IMG/VR virus record: IMGVR_UViG_3300020161_000999
Span: 1-34,727 of that record
Direction: 5' to 3' (one strand)
DNA from: a virus
Lineage: Duplodnaviria; Caudoviricetes
Length of the DNA stretch: 34,727 nt
Positions 6,352-16,056 of the stretch are shown here, in pieces. Numbering within the stretch: position 1 is the first letter of the stretch; each line of letters begins with the position of its first letter. The position numbers and the translations under genes are program-made. The notes under the pieces were generated by a model. It did no database searches, was not told the DNA's origin, and saw only the letters and a program-made list of their open reading frames with translations.

Positions 6352-9065
6352 TAGGCACCTAGGATTTCCACGGGGACTGCGCCCAACTTGTCGAGCTTGG
6401 CTTCCAGTTTCCTCAGTTGGTCAAGTTGCTTTCGGTATTCCTCAATCGCCGGGTCTTCACGTCCCGTGGCGAGCCGCACCAACTCTGCCGCACCTTCCTG
6501 CGTGCGGATGTCGTTGATCTGGAGCGGCTGCTGTGACACCCGCTGTAAGGCCGCGATGCGCTCCCCCTCAACGCTGGCCCGCTCATCGATGATCTGTAGT
6601 TCGAGATTGCGGATCTCTTCCAGCCGCTTGATGCGGTCGTTGAAGAGTTGCTGCTGCTTCTGGATCGCAGCGTCGAAGCCCTTCGGATCAATCACGCCGT
6701 CTTCGAGTTGGGCCTTCGCCTTCTCCAGCCCACGCTGGAACTCAAGGCCAGCCTGCACGCCCGCCTGTCCGAACTCGCCCACCTTGGCGATGACGGCATC
6801 TAGTTCGTCCTGTGCGCCCTTGATCGCCTGCTGGATGTCGTTGGCGTTGAAGCCGAAGTCGAGCGTGTCTTGTGCGGCGGCCTGGGCCTGGTCGAGGATC
6901 TGAAGCCGCCGCAGTGCTGCCTTCTCGGCATCCACGTCGCCCTTGGCGCGGGCCTGCACGATGGCGGTCTCGGCTTCGTCAATCTGCCGCGTGATCGCCA
7001 GCAGGTTCGCGGCGGCCTCGTTCTCTTGGCCGAAGCCGTTCTGGCGAACGAAGGCGTCGGCGCGCTGGCGGTCGGCTTCAGCAATCCGCTCGGCCGCACG
7101 CACTCGGTCCTCGGCGGCCTTGTTGGCGGCATCTGCTGCCTGCCGCTGAGCGTCGGCCTCGCGGCCCAGTGCTTCGATATTCTTCTCGAAGTCCTGCCGC
7201 GAGGCAGCGACCGCACGGGCCAACTGTTCCTCGGAAAGCCCGGCCCCCTCGGCGGCTGCGGCCACATCCTCCAGAGACTTCACGAATGCGAGAAACGCCT
7301 TCGTGCCGTCGTTACCAAGGGCCGCCGCCTGGGCCTGTGCTTTCTCAAGGTCGCCAGAAAGCCGGATCGTGCCGTCGCCAGCAAGCCCTAGCGAGTTGAC
7401 CAGTTCGGCAATCGCCGCGTTTGCCCGGCCTTCTTGGAGAGACTTGGCCACCTGCTCGCGGCTCTCAATGATCTCGCGGTCGAACTTGAGCCGGTCGGCC
7501 GACTTCTGAAAGCCCGCCCACGTCTTGTCGTTGGAAACGTCGTCGAGTTGCCGGATGAACCTGTTCAGCCCGCCAATCGCCTCGGCTGTGTTGTCGGCCA
7601 CGATCTTGCCGAACCCGGCGAAGTTGGCCGTGAGTTGCCGCTTGAGTCCCTGCGATGCAACGCCAAGCCGGTCCAGCGAATCACCGAAGGCGTCGATCTC
7701 GGCACGCTGCTGGTCGGTCAGTGCCCCGCCGATCCGCTCCAAGTCAGCGGCAGCGGCACCCAACTGCCGGAACACAGGCAGCAACTCGGCACCGCTCTTG
7801 CCGAACAAGGCAACCGCCGTGGCCGCACGCTTCGCCGGGTCGGCAATTCTGGCAATGGCATCGGCCGACTGCGTGAAGAGCGTCTCGGGGTCGGCGTTTC
7901 GCACGTCCTCGGTGCTCAGCCCCAGCGTCTTGAACGCAGCGGCAGCGTTCTTGCCGCCGTCGCGGGCGTCATCTACCGAGCGGAGGAACTTGGTGAAACT
8001 GCCGCCCAGCGATTCCACGCTGGTGCCGGTCTGGTTGGCGGCCGTCTCCAGCACTTGGATGAATCCGAACGACACGCCGAGCCGTTCGGCCAACTGGCCC
8101 AGCCGCTCGACCTCCGCTTCGAGTTGCACCAGGCCACGCCCCACCGCCACGGCCCCGGCCCCAAACGCAGCCAGCCCGCCGAGTGCCAGCGTCGTCGGAT
8201 TCACGAGGCCCGCAATGGCCACGCCGAACTGACCAATCCCGCCGCCGTTGGAGAAGATGCGGTTGAGCCCCTCGGCGGCACTGGAGATACCAGACAGCCG
8301 ACCGGCCACGTTGCCAATCGGGCCGGGCAGGATGGCCAGCGTGCCAGCCAGTTCGTTGAAAGCGAGGTTGCCCTGCTTCCCGGCCTTCTCCACGGCCGAG
8401 TCGTAGCCCTTGGCGGCCGACTCAGCGCGGACAAAGGCTTGCGTGGCTTGCGCGACAAGCGTGTTAAACTGCTGTTGGTTCAGGCTGCCAGCGTTGAGGT
8501 GCGTAACCAGTTCAAGCACCTGGTTGTCGTACCGCTCAAGCGGCGTGCGGGCCTGCTCCTGCAACTGGGCGGCGCGGGCCGACAGCGTAGCCCGCTCCTG
8601 CTCAGAGCGAGCGGCCTGCTCGTTGATGCCGATGGATGCAACCGAAGCCCGGTTGTACGTCTCAAGACTGATTGCCCCGAGATCGTACAACTGTGCGAGC
8701 CGCTGTGTGGTGGCGGCCTGCCGCTCCTGCGCCGTGGCGAACTGCTCCGCAAGCCGCTGCCCCTCGGCAAAGGCATCGGCGGTGCCCCTCGCCGCTGCCT
8801 GAATCTTCGCAAACTCGGCGGCGAACTCTTGGGCCGACACCTGCCCCGTCTTCAGGGCCGACGTAAGGAAGGCAATGTCGGTGGCCACCTGCCGCTGGGC
8901 TGCCGACGCGCCGCTGGTGCTGCCGACGAACTTCTCAAACAGCGACGCCGACGCGCTGGCCTGCTCGCCCAACTTCTGCAACGCCCGATCTACCGGCGTC
9001 AGGCTCTTCTGGAGACCACTGGCATCTGCCGTGATCTTCATTGCGAGGCCGAGGACGGTAGCCAT
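6351..9065 (-). CDS. Tail tape measure protein (904 aa)
   Basis: Long Ala/Gln-rich helical protein after the tail chaperones. Confidence 0.92.
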   Translation of the reverse strand: MATVLGLAMKITADASGLQKSLTPVDRALQKLGEQASASASLFEKFVGSTSGASAAQRQVATDIAFLTSALKTGQVSAQEFAAEFAKIQAAARGTADAFAEGQRLAEQFATAQERQAATTQRLAQLYDLGAISLETYNRASVASIGINEQAARSEQERATLSARAAQLQEQARTPLERYDNQVLELVTHLNAGSLNQQQFNTLVAQATQAFVRAESAAKGYDSAVEKAGKQGNLAFNELAGTLAILPGPIGNVAGRLSGISSAAEGLNRIFSNGGGIGQFGVAIAGLVNPTTLALGGLAAFGAGAVAVGRGLVQLEAEVERLGQLAERLGVSFGFIQVLETAANQTGTSVESLGGSFTKFLRSVDDARDGGKNAAAAFKTLGLSTEDVRNADPETLFTQSADAIARIADPAKRAATAVALFGKSGAELLPVFRQLGAAAADLERIGGALTDQQRAEIDAFGDSLDRLGVASQGLKRQLTANFAGFGKIVADNTAEAIGGLNRFIRQLDDVSNDKTWAGFQKSADRLKFDREIIESREQVAKSLQEGRANAAIAELVNSLGLAGDGTIRLSGDLEKAQAQAAALGNDGTKAFLAFVKSLEDVAAAAEGAGLSEEQLARAVAASRQDFEKNIEALGREADAQRQAADAANKAAEDRVRAAERIAEADRQRADAFVRQNGFGQENEAAANLLAITRQIDEAETAIVQARAKGDVDAEKAALRRLQILDQAQAAAQDTLDFGFNANDIQQAIKGAQDELDAVIAKVGEFGQAGVQAGLEFQRGLEKAKAQLEDGVIDPKGFDAAIQKQQQLFNDRIKRLEEIRNLELQIIDERASVEGERIAALQRVSQQPLQINDIRTQEGAAELVRLATGREDPAIEEYRKQLDQLRKLEAKLDKLGAVPVEILGA

Positions 9066-9738
9066 TACGCGGTGCCTTTCTTCGCCATCTTGGCTTTCGC
9101 CTGTTCGATAGCGTCGAGAATCTGGGCTTCGTGCTGGGGCGGGCGCTCAATCGGCACGAAGTCTTCGGTCTTCGGGGTGCGGCCCTTCGGACAGTATGGC
9201 GCAAGGGCGGCACTGGCTAGCAGTCCCGTCTGCCTCCACGGATCGGGCAGCGGGTCGAAGAACCTGTGCATCGCCACCCACTCCGAAAGCTCGCGGGAAT
9301 CCATGCGCTCCCCGAGCTCGCGGACGGTCATGCCGAGGTGGGCCGCTAGGCGGAACATGAATCGGCGCGTCGGCCTAGCGTTCAGCCTTTTCCCAGTTCT
9401 TGCACGTCCTCTTCCGTGAGGGCGTTGTGCTCCATCGCCTTCTGCCACAGCAGGCTCATCACCTTGGCAGACTTGTTGCCCAGGGCGGCGATGTCCTCGG
9501 CCGTCGTGAAGAGCAACTCGCCCTTGTCGTTGCAGAGCACCTTCTGGAGAAACTTCGTGCGGAAGTTGTCCACGCTCTCCACGCCTGCCTTACGGTTGCG
9601 GACCCACTCGTTTTCGTAGGCGTCACGCTCGGCCACGCTCATCACACGGATGAACACGCTGCCGCTCCACTGCTTGACGGGCACTTCGAGCAGGCCGAGA
9701 TCGTCGGCGGCAAGAATCTGGTCTTTGGTCAGGGGCAT
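9065..9738 (-). CDS. Tail assembly chaperone G-T fusion via -1 frameshift
   Basis: Slippery G-GGA-AAA at 9388-9394 leads into the RLNARPTRRFMFRLAAHLG frame. Confidence 0.8.
9382..9738 (-). CDS. Tail assembly chaperone (gpG-like)
   Basis: Position between tail-tube-like genes and tape measure; ends at the slippery site. Confidence 0.85.
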   Translation of the reverse strand: MPLTKDQILAADDLGLLEVPVKQWSGSVFIRVMSVAERDAYENEWVRNRKAGVESVDNFRTKFLQKVLCNDKGELLFTTAEDIAALGNKSAKVMSLLWQKAMEHNALTEEDVQELGKG

Positions 9739-9741
9739 GAA

Positions 9742-10038
9742 TTAGCTCACGATTTGAAAGGTTGCCGAGTACCGCACGGCGTCGTTCACTTGGGCATTGC
9801 CGCCCACGCCGGTACATACTGCGGAACCTGTCAAGCCGCCGACGCCGTACGTCGCACGCTGCCCATAGCTGGCACCGATGGACGCGAAAGCCTCCACCGT
9901 GAAACTACCGAGGTTGTCGCTATACGTCCCGTCGCGGCTAGTGGGCAGGCCGCCACCCTTTTGCCAGGTAACGGAATACACCTCGGAGAGCGTGCTGCCG
10001 TTCCACGAGACCGAAAAGCCTTGCGATAGACCGGCCAT
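9742..10038 (-). CDS. Tail-tube-like protein, paralogue 3 (98 aa)
   Basis: C-terminal VNDAVRYSATF motif shared with neighbours. Confidence 0.6.
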   Translation of the reverse strand: MAGLSQGFSVSWNGSTLSEVYSVTWQKGGGLPTSRDGTYSDNLGSFTVEAFASIGASYGQRATYGVGGLTGSAVCTGVGGNAQVNDAVRYSATFQIVS

Positions 10039-10041
10039 GCG

Positions 10042-10383
10042 TCACCCGATGGAAACGGTGACAGATCCCCGTGGCACGTCATTCACCGCAAGCGTCAGCG
10101 ACGAGGCTGTGACCGTCTGGCCCGTTGCCGTTTCGCCAACCTTGAACACCACCGCCTGCATGTAGTCGATCTGGTACTCGATGGGCGAGCCGCCCGTGGC
10201 GTTCGGGTCGGCAAGCGCGGCAATCGTGATCGTAGACGTTCCCGTCATGCCCAGGTGGCTCACGTCGATGGTGTTGTCGGAGGCGGCGATATTGTTCGTC
10301 GTCTCCACGAATCGCGTGATCTCGTTGAGCGTGACGCCACAGACCGTGAACGAGCCGCGATTGCCTTGTGAACTGGATGGCAT
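10042..10383 (-). CDS. Tail-tube-like protein, paralogue 2 (113 aa)
   Basis: TIDVSHL and AVNDVPRGSVT motifs. Confidence 0.65.
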   Translation of the reverse strand: MPSSSQGNRGSFTVCGVTLNEITRFVETTNNIAASDNTIDVSHLGMTGTSTITIAALADPNATGGSPIEYQIDYMQAVVFKVGETATGQTVTASSLTLAVNDVPRGSVTVSIG

Positions 10384-10392
10384 CTATGCACC

Positions 10393-10743
10393 TTACGGAA
10401 CGAGGATGGTAACGGAACCGCGCACCACGTCATTGACGGCGTAGGTTGTCGAGGACGACGAGACCGTGCAGTTGCTTCGGCCGCCAAGCACAGGCAGCGT
10501 CACGCTGGTGCTGGCGTTTGAGGCCACAGCCGACCCGAAGTATTCCACCGTCACGGAGTAGCTTGCCCCGGCCGCACCAGCCGCCTTGAGCGGGCGGGCG
10601 AAAGTCACGATCTGGTTGTTGGTCAGCGTGGTCACGTCGATGGTATCGCCCGCTGCGCCGCCGCCAGCCCCGGAGAACTGCACCGAGTAGGCTTGCAGCG
10701 TCGAGCCGCCCACGACCACCGAACCACTCGAAAGGCTTGCCAT
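10393..10743 (-). CDS. Tail-tube-like protein, paralogue 1 (116 aa)
   Basis: TIDVTTL and AVNDVVRGSVT motifs. Confidence 0.65.
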   Translation of the reverse strand: MASLSSGSVVVGGSTLQAYSVQFSGAGGGAAGDTIDVTTLTNNQIVTFARPLKAAGAAGASYSVTVEYFGSAVASNASTSVTLPVLGGRSNCTVSSSSTTYAVNDVVRGSVTILVP

Positions 10744-10744
10744 T

Positions 10745-11161
10745 TCAGGTCTCCACCCAGGTCAATGCGTAGTTCTGCGTGACGCTATACACCGGAGGCA
10801 ATTCCGCCCCTGCCAGTTGCACGAAGTCATCAGACTCCTGCTCAAGCGAAGCGTTCTGCACTTCCACATTGTTCAAGGTTCCGCCGTACCCATCCAGAAC
10901 GGAGCGGAAAGCATCGGCCGCCTCTCGCGCGCCCTCGTAGGTGGTCGCGTAAATCTGCATCTCCATGTTCACTGTCGGCAGGCCAAGTGGCCCGGCGAGC
11001 GTCTGCTGCCGCTGGATCGAACTGCGGCGGTAGACGGCAAACGGCAACGCCGCCGCAGCCGGGGCCAGCACCGGATAGATCCTCGTGCCCACCAGCGACG
11101 ACACCGCCGTGCTCGACACCAGGGCATTACGGGCGACTTGTTCAGGGCTCTTCAGCGGCAT
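10745..11161 (-). CDS. Tail terminator/completion protein (DUF3168-like)
   Basis: VGTRIYP..AP...LPFAVY motif; synteny. Confidence 0.8.
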   Translation of the reverse strand: MPLKSPEQVARNALVSSTAVSSLVGTRIYPVLAPAAAALPFAVYRRSSIQRQQTLAGPLGLPTVNMEMQIYATTYEGAREAADAFRSVLDGYGGTLNNVEVQNASLEQESDDFVQLAGAELPPVYSVTQNYALTWVET

Positions 11162-11198
11162 GGCTGCATCATCGCCTGCGGCCCTGCGTCTCTTGCAG

Positions 11199-11921
11199 TT
11201 AGCCCGAGACCGTCTTGCCCGAGAACGTGGCAATCGCCTCTAACGCACGCTCCAGCGACAGGGAGAGTTGCTCGCGGAGGACGCTGGCCACCTGCGACTG
11301 CGACCGCTTCCAGGCCGTTTCTACCGGGGGCTGCCGGGCCACGCCACCGGCCGGGGTCGCCGGAATCTCGAAGGGCTGGCTCCGCTTCACGAAGAACGCC
11401 TTGGGATAGCCCGGCTTCGTCGTAAACGAATTGCCCTGCTTCCGAATCTTGAACGGGCCGAGGCCGTTGAATGAACTGGCGATGTAGCCGTTCTGGCCGC
11501 TCACCCAATGGACAAGGCCGTTCTTGCTACGCCGCTGGTAAGGCTTGTTAGCCAGCACCGTGATCTTGCGCGGCTTCGTCCCGTTCTCAATCCACCACTG
11601 GTGAAACGCACGATCCCTGCCCGCACGCACCTTGCCGCCCTGGGCGCTGCGGGTGGAGCCCTTGCCCGACTGCGTGTATCCGACGAGCCCCACGCCAGCG
11701 CGGTCGTTCTTGTAGATCACCACCTTCTTATTGCGAGCCCGGTAGAGGTTGCTGGTAGGGCCGACCGGCGTGACGTTGCCGAGGGCGGTGAAGGCTGGCT
11801 CAATCGCCTTGGCGAGGGCCGCCTGGAGCATCTTTCCCGCCACATCCTCGGGCAGCGCCCGCAGTTTCCCGAGGGCCGGGCCGATGTCATCAAACGACAC
11901 CTGCACCTTGATGCCAGCCAT
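11199..11921 (-). CDS. HK97 gp10-like neck protein
   Basis: HQWWIENGT motif, basic; synteny. Confidence 0.7.
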   Translation of the reverse strand: MAGIKVQVSFDDIGPALGKLRALPEDVAGKMLQAALAKAIEPAFTALGNVTPVGPTSNLYRARNKKVVIYKNDRAGVGLVGYTQSGKGSTRSAQGGKVRAGRDRAFHQWWIENGTKPRKITVLANKPYQRRSKNGLVHWVSGQNGYIASSFNGLGPFKIRKQGNSFTTKPGYPKAFFVKRSQPFEIPATPAGGVARQPPVETAWKRSQSQVASVLREQLSLSLERALEAIATFSGKTVSG

Positions 11922-12241
11922 TAGGTGACGTTCTCCGTGCAGATCGCCTCATGCTCGCTGCGGTTGCCGTGCTCCAGCAGGCTCACGATCTCTAGCGTGC
12001 GGCCCTGCCACGCAAACCGCATCTGCTGTGTGAGCCCCGGCAGGAATCGCAGCCGCACCTTGTGCGACACGCTCACGTCCTGCTGCCCGGCCGTCAGGGC
12101 CTCGCGGGCACTCACGCCCTCAACGCTCGCCCACACACTTGTGGAGTTGCTCCACGCCAGCACGGTCTCGCCAAGCGTGTTGGTCGAGCCGCTGGCTATC
12201 TGCACGGTAATACGCTCGCGGAGCTTCCCGGCGTCGATCAT
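11921..12241 (-). CDS. Head closure/head-tail adaptor protein
   Basis: GKLRERITVQ...VWASVE motif. Confidence 0.85.
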   Translation of the reverse strand: MIDAGKLRERITVQIASGSTNTLGETVLAWSNSTSVWASVEGVSAREALTAGQQDVSVSHKVRLRFLPGLTQQMRFAWQGRTLEIVSLLEHGNRSEHEAICTENVT

Positions 12242-12849
12242 CTGTAAGAGCCCCACTTCTGCGACGAGAGCAGCGACTCCACGGCAAACTCTAGTTGCTT
12301 TGAGATTGAGCCGACGAGCACCGTGGAGCGGTTCTCGTACCAGAAGGCAATGAGCATCAGCATGGCGTGCCGGATCGCTGCCGGAACGCTTTGGCCGCTC
12401 GGGCCGTAGCCCGCCCACCACGTCACACTCACGCTGTTGTCATCCTGAAGGTGCGGCGGCCACGTCCCGGCGTAGTTCGTTTTTACGGCCCCCGGCGTGG
12501 CGTGCCGGTCCACCCGGTAGCTCGACGTGCCGTAGGTCGCCGTGGCCCCGCCTTCGAGCGTGTAGGAGAGCGACACGGCCGTGTTCGCACCGCTGGCCAC
12601 CATCGGCGGCCGGGGCAGTTCGATGTCGTCGGTGCCGTCTACAGGGAACCTGTCGAACCGCATCACCCACTGGGTGTGTACGAGCGTCCGATCAAGGTAC
12701 TGCTCGCACCACTCGCGGGCCGCCGAGATCATGGCGGCAATCTCGGCGTCCGAGTCGGTGCCGTCCACGCGGAGGTGGGCCTTCGCCTCGGAGAGCGTCA
12801 CAGGCTCGACGGCGGGGCCGGTCTGACGGGTGAGGGATCGGTAGTTCAC
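12238..12849 (-). CDS. Head-tail connector (gp6-like)
   Basis: EPVTLSEAKAHLRVD...AGYG...VPAAIRHA...WYENR. Confidence 0.9.
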   Translation of the reverse strand: MNYRSLTRQTGPAVEPVTLSEAKAHLRVDGTDSDAEIAAMISAAREWCEQYLDRTLVHTQWVMRFDRFPVDGTDDIELPRPPMVASGANTAVSLSYTLEGGATATYGTSSYRVDRHATPGAVKTNYAGTWPPHLQDDNSVSVTWWAGYGPSGQSVPAAIRHAMLMLIAFWYENRSTVLVGSISKQLEFAVESLLSSQKWGSYR

Positions 12850-13046
12850 TTCTTGCGTCTCCGCTTGGGCGTGGCGTCGGCGGTTTCCACGGTGTGCTCG
12901 ACGGCCGCCGTCTCAATCAGTTCCTGCTGCCGGTCTTCCACCGCGAACTTCTTGGCGATCAGTTCGACCGCCAGCCCGCCGGGGATCTCCACCACCTGGC
13001 CGGTGCGGTAGTTTCGGAACGGTCGCAGCATCCTCAGTTTCGTCAT
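12846..13046 (-). CDS. Small hypothetical protein (66 aa), head module
   Basis: ATGA/GTGA overlaps on both sides. Confidence 0.7.
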   Translation of the reverse strand: MTKLRMLRPFRNYRTGQVVEIPGGLAVELIAKKFAVEDRQQELIETAAVEHTVETADATPKRRRKK

Positions 13047-13777
13047 TCAGGCACCCTCCATGCAGACTCAGGCCGCTTCATCGTGTTGGCGAACTCGGTG
13101 GAATACTGAAACACGGGCTTGCCGAGATCCTGCCCCGGCCACGTCACCATGTATTCGCCATGCCCGAGGATCACGCGGGGCGTGACGTAGCACCGATTGC
13201 CAGCGGCGCGGAACTGCCGCCAGAACCAGATGTCGTCATCGGTGCGGCCTTCGCCCCATTCGCCGTCTCCGTTGGGCACGCCCTTGAACCAGGGCTTCAG
13301 CGTCCGCTTCAGGGCCGCCGTGGAGATCACCGTGCAGCCGAAGTGCATCGTGTCCACCTCCTGCACGGGCTCGGCAAACCACGACCGGGGCAGCGTGGTC
13401 TTGCCGTCCTCGGGCGGGTTGTCGAGCGTGCCCTTGAGCGTGAGCATCGGGCGGCCGTCCTCACGCTTCGTCTGGAAGCCGGTGAGGGCGTCACACTGAA
13501 ACGTCATCGCCATCGCAAAGAGTTGCTCCACGTCTTCGCGGGTGAAGAAGGTGTCGTAGTCGATGGTCAGCAGGTACTCGCACTTGTCCACGAACTGCTC
13601 GCAGACCCTTTGCAAGCATTGTCCCCAAAATGCGCCGGAAACTTTTGTAGGCCGTATGCCCAGCGGCATCAGCGCCTGTGCCCAGGTGTAGAAGTTGTCC
13701 ATGAACCCGAGGCGGGGCACGCTCATGACGGCCTCCACCCGAATGTCGCACTCAGTGCCACCGACGCGGACGATCAT
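13043..13777 (-). CDS. GT-A fold glycosyltransferase-like protein
   Basis: LLTIDYD (DxD), HFGCTVI, DDIWF and LGH motifs. Confidence 0.75.
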   Translation of the reverse strand: MIVRVGGTECDIRVEAVMSVPRLGFMDNFYTWAQALMPLGIRPTKVSGAFWGQCLQRVCEQFVDKCEYLLTIDYDTFFTREDVEQLFAMAMTFQCDALTGFQTKREDGRPMLTLKGTLDNPPEDGKTTLPRSWFAEPVQEVDTMHFGCTVISTAALKRTLKPWFKGVPNGDGEWGEGRTDDDIWFWRQFRAAGNRCYVTPRVILGHGEYMVTWPGQDLGKPVFQYSTEFANTMKRPESAWRVPE

Positions 13778-13787
13778 GTGCTACCTC

Positions 13788-13823
13788 AAAAGAGAGCGGG
13801 CCGCCCCGTGTGGAGCGGCCCGC
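13788..13823 (-). terminator. Intrinsic terminator after the capsid gene
   Basis: GC-rich stem followed by UCUCUUUU on the minus strand. Confidence 0.7.
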
Positions 13824-13854
13824 CCAGTTTGCACATCACGTCAAGCCGTCAGGC

Positions 13855-15177
13855 TCACAGACCGACGAGGCCGATCATCGGGCCAGCGACCGTCGAGGTG
13901 CCGAGGTTGGCGTGGGTGATCGCCACGCGAGCCACGGCACGGATCACCGTCTGATCGGACAGGAAGTTCACCTGGTCCGAGCTGGCGATTTCGATGCCCT
14001 GGCGAACGCCGTAGTAGGAGCTATTGGCCATGTTGCCATAGAGCGCCATCACCGCACCCGTCGAGTCCGCACCGCTCGGGAGCCGGTCGGTGAGAACCAC
14101 CGGGCTGCCGAGGAAGGTGAGGCCCATGCCAGCCGACAGGCCGACCGAACCGCCCTGGTTCAAGTCGAGAGCCTGCATGCACGCCGAGAAGAAGAACGGC
14201 GAGCAATACCACTTGGCACCCTGCCGCGAGTGCTGCGGCACAGCCGCCATCATCGCAAGCAGGTTGGCCTTCGTCACCTCGTCGGGCGTGTCACCCGCAG
14301 CGGTCACGAGCGAGGCCGCATAGGTCGCACCCGAGGCAGCGAGGAGGCCGCCCGTGTGGCTGGTCACGAGACCGGCCACGGCAGGGGCGTTCGCCGGGTT
14401 GCCGCTCCACGCAGCCGCTTCAACGGCGTTGCTGAGCGACAGGCCCAGTTCCAGGGCGATCCAATCCGCGATGCTGATGATGGAGTCCTGCAAAAGCTCG
14501 CTGGCCACCACCACGGCCCCGGTCACCTTCTTGGCAGTCAGCGAGACCTGGTTGATCGTGGGATCACTTGCGGTGATCGCCACGTTCTCGTCGATCCACG
14601 CCGCTGAGGTGCCCGCCGTCCGGCGCGGGAACAGCAGCACGTCGCTCGGCATCACCACGTTCGTCGCGTTCTGAGCGAAGGCCGAATACTGGTCCACCAG
14701 GCGGATGACCGTCGAGGAGAGCACGTCGGGCACGGCGGCCGCGCCGGTCGTGGCTCCGGTCGAGCCGAGAGCACGGGCTTCAACGCCGTGATCCTGGCAC
14801 CACCGCTTGGCCTCAGCGTCGCCGCTCTTCGCCTTGAACCACATGCCCGCCTTATAGGCGTCCTTGGCGTTCTCAAACGCACGGAGCCGACCGGAGAACG
14901 GAACCGCTTCGATGCGGACCTTCTCGGCCGAACGCTCCTCGGTCACCTCGGGGGCAGGCGAGCAACGCTCGACAACCGACCGCAGGTTCTTGGCCGACTC
15001 GGCCACCGACTTCTCGAAGTCGATCTTCTTGGCGAGGTCGCCCGCACGCTTGTTGAGCGTTTCCAGTTCGAGGTCGCGCTCGGCAATCTTGTCGTCGTCG
15101 CCTTCGATGGCGCGCACCGCGTCGATCCGGTTGGCGAGGGTAACGGCCTCGTCCTGAAGCTTCTTGAGGTTGTCCAC
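13855..15177 (-). CDS. Major capsid protein, HK97 family
   Basis: N-terminal coiled-coil delta domain; WIDE and VASELLQDS motifs; CAGGAG RBS. Confidence 0.93.
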   Translation of the reverse strand: MDNLKKLQDEAVTLANRIDAVRAIEGDDDKIAERDLELETLNKRAGDLAKKIDFEKSVAESAKNLRSVVERCSPAPEVTEERSAEKVRIEAVPFSGRLRAFENAKDAYKAGMWFKAKSGDAEAKRWCQDHGVEARALGSTGATTGAAAVPDVLSSTVIRLVDQYSAFAQNATNVVMPSDVLLFPRRTAGTSAAWIDENVAITASDPTINQVSLTAKKVTGAVVVASELLQDSIISIADWIALELGLSLSNAVEAAAWSGNPANAPAVAGLVTSHTGGLLAASGATYAASLVTAAGDTPDEVTKANLLAMMAAVPQHSRQGAKWYCSPFFFSACMQALDLNQGGSVGLSAGMGLTFLGSPVVLTDRLPSGADSTGAVMALYGNMANSSYYGVRQGIEIASSDQVNFLSDQTVIRAVARVAITHANLGTSTVAGPMIGLVGL

Positions 15178-15221
15178 TGTGTATCTCCTGCGGCGGTATT
15201 GCCGTGGAGTCCACTGTGCCG

Positions 15222-15392
15222 CTAGCGGTTGCCCCTCTTGCAGAAGCGCACTTCAGAAAGTGTTGTTTTCACAAACGCCACCGCGCGAGCCCCGCAGCGT
15301 GGGCAACGCAGATACCGCTGCCGCTCGTCACCGCATGGGCGGCTGGAACGGCAGCGGAGTTTTTCGCCGCAGGTGCAGCGGGCTTCAGACAT
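15222..15392 (-). CDS. 56-aa zinc-ribbon protein, Ogr/Delta-like
   Basis: MSEARCTCGEKLRCRSSR...RYLRCPRCG; fills the protease-capsid gap; absent from the ORF track. Confidence 0.65.
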   Translation of the reverse strand: MSEARCTCGEKLRCRSSRPCGDERQRYLRCPRCGARAVAFVKTTLSEVRFCKRGNR

Positions 15393-16056
15393 TGCGGAGC
15401 CTCAGAGACCACGCGGCAGCGGCGTCGCGGGCGAGCGAACGAATCGCACGCTTCGCCTCGGGCTCCACGGTCGGATCGGCCTCGGCCTCGTCGGCCTGCG
15501 CCGCCAGCCAAGTGGCATACGACCGCTGGGCCACAACGGCCGAGGTGGCTGAGCCGTAGGCGGGCACGTTCACCGGGCCGATCTCGTACAAGCCGGAAGC
15601 CTCGACCACTTCGCGGATCGCCTTGCCGCTCTCGTCAGTCGTGAACCGCTCGCCCTTCTGGCCCACCGTGAAGGCGAAGCTGCTGCCCCTGAGCAGCCGC
15701 GCACGCACCAAGGCAAGAACGTCACGCCCCGCCGTGGTGTCTGGCGGCTCGACCATGTACGAGATGCCACGATCATCGGCCGTGATCTCCAGCGTGCCCG
15801 CCGACTCGCGGCCCAGCAGCAGGTCGCTGTTGTGGTTGTAGTACGAGAGGATCTCGCCCCGGCCCCGCTGCCGGTTGAGGATCTTGTCAAAGGCACCGGG
15901 CATGATCCGCTCGCGGAACCCGCCGAGGTCGAGCGAAAGCCGGTTGTAGGGGATCGCCAGCCCACGGATCGCCTCGCGGCCAGTGGCACGCGATTCGATC
16001 TGCAATTCGCACTCGGGGGCTTCCTCTGCGGTCAGGCAGCGACGTTCAATTTCCAT
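15385..16056 (-). CDS. HK97-family prohead protease
   Basis: GGFRERI.PGAF, YNH, GSSFAF and EIGPVNVPAY motifs. Confidence 0.93.
   Translation of the reverse strand: MEIERRCLTAEEAPECELQIESRATGREAIRGLAIPYNRLSLDLGGFRERIMPGAFDKILNRQRGRGEILSYYNHNSDLLLGRESAGTLEITADDRGISYMVEPPDTTAGRDVLALVRARLLRGSSFAFTVGQKGERFTTDESGKAIREVVEASGLYEIGPVNVPAYGSATSAVVAQRSYATWLAAQADEAEADPTVEPEAKRAIRSLARDAAAAWSLRLRNV

Noticed and set aside
7434-9419. 661-aa plus-strand ORF and other long antisense ORFs (e.g. 28929-30389, 16157-17227)
   Set aside because: Shadows of GC-rich minus-strand genes with no recognisable motifs.
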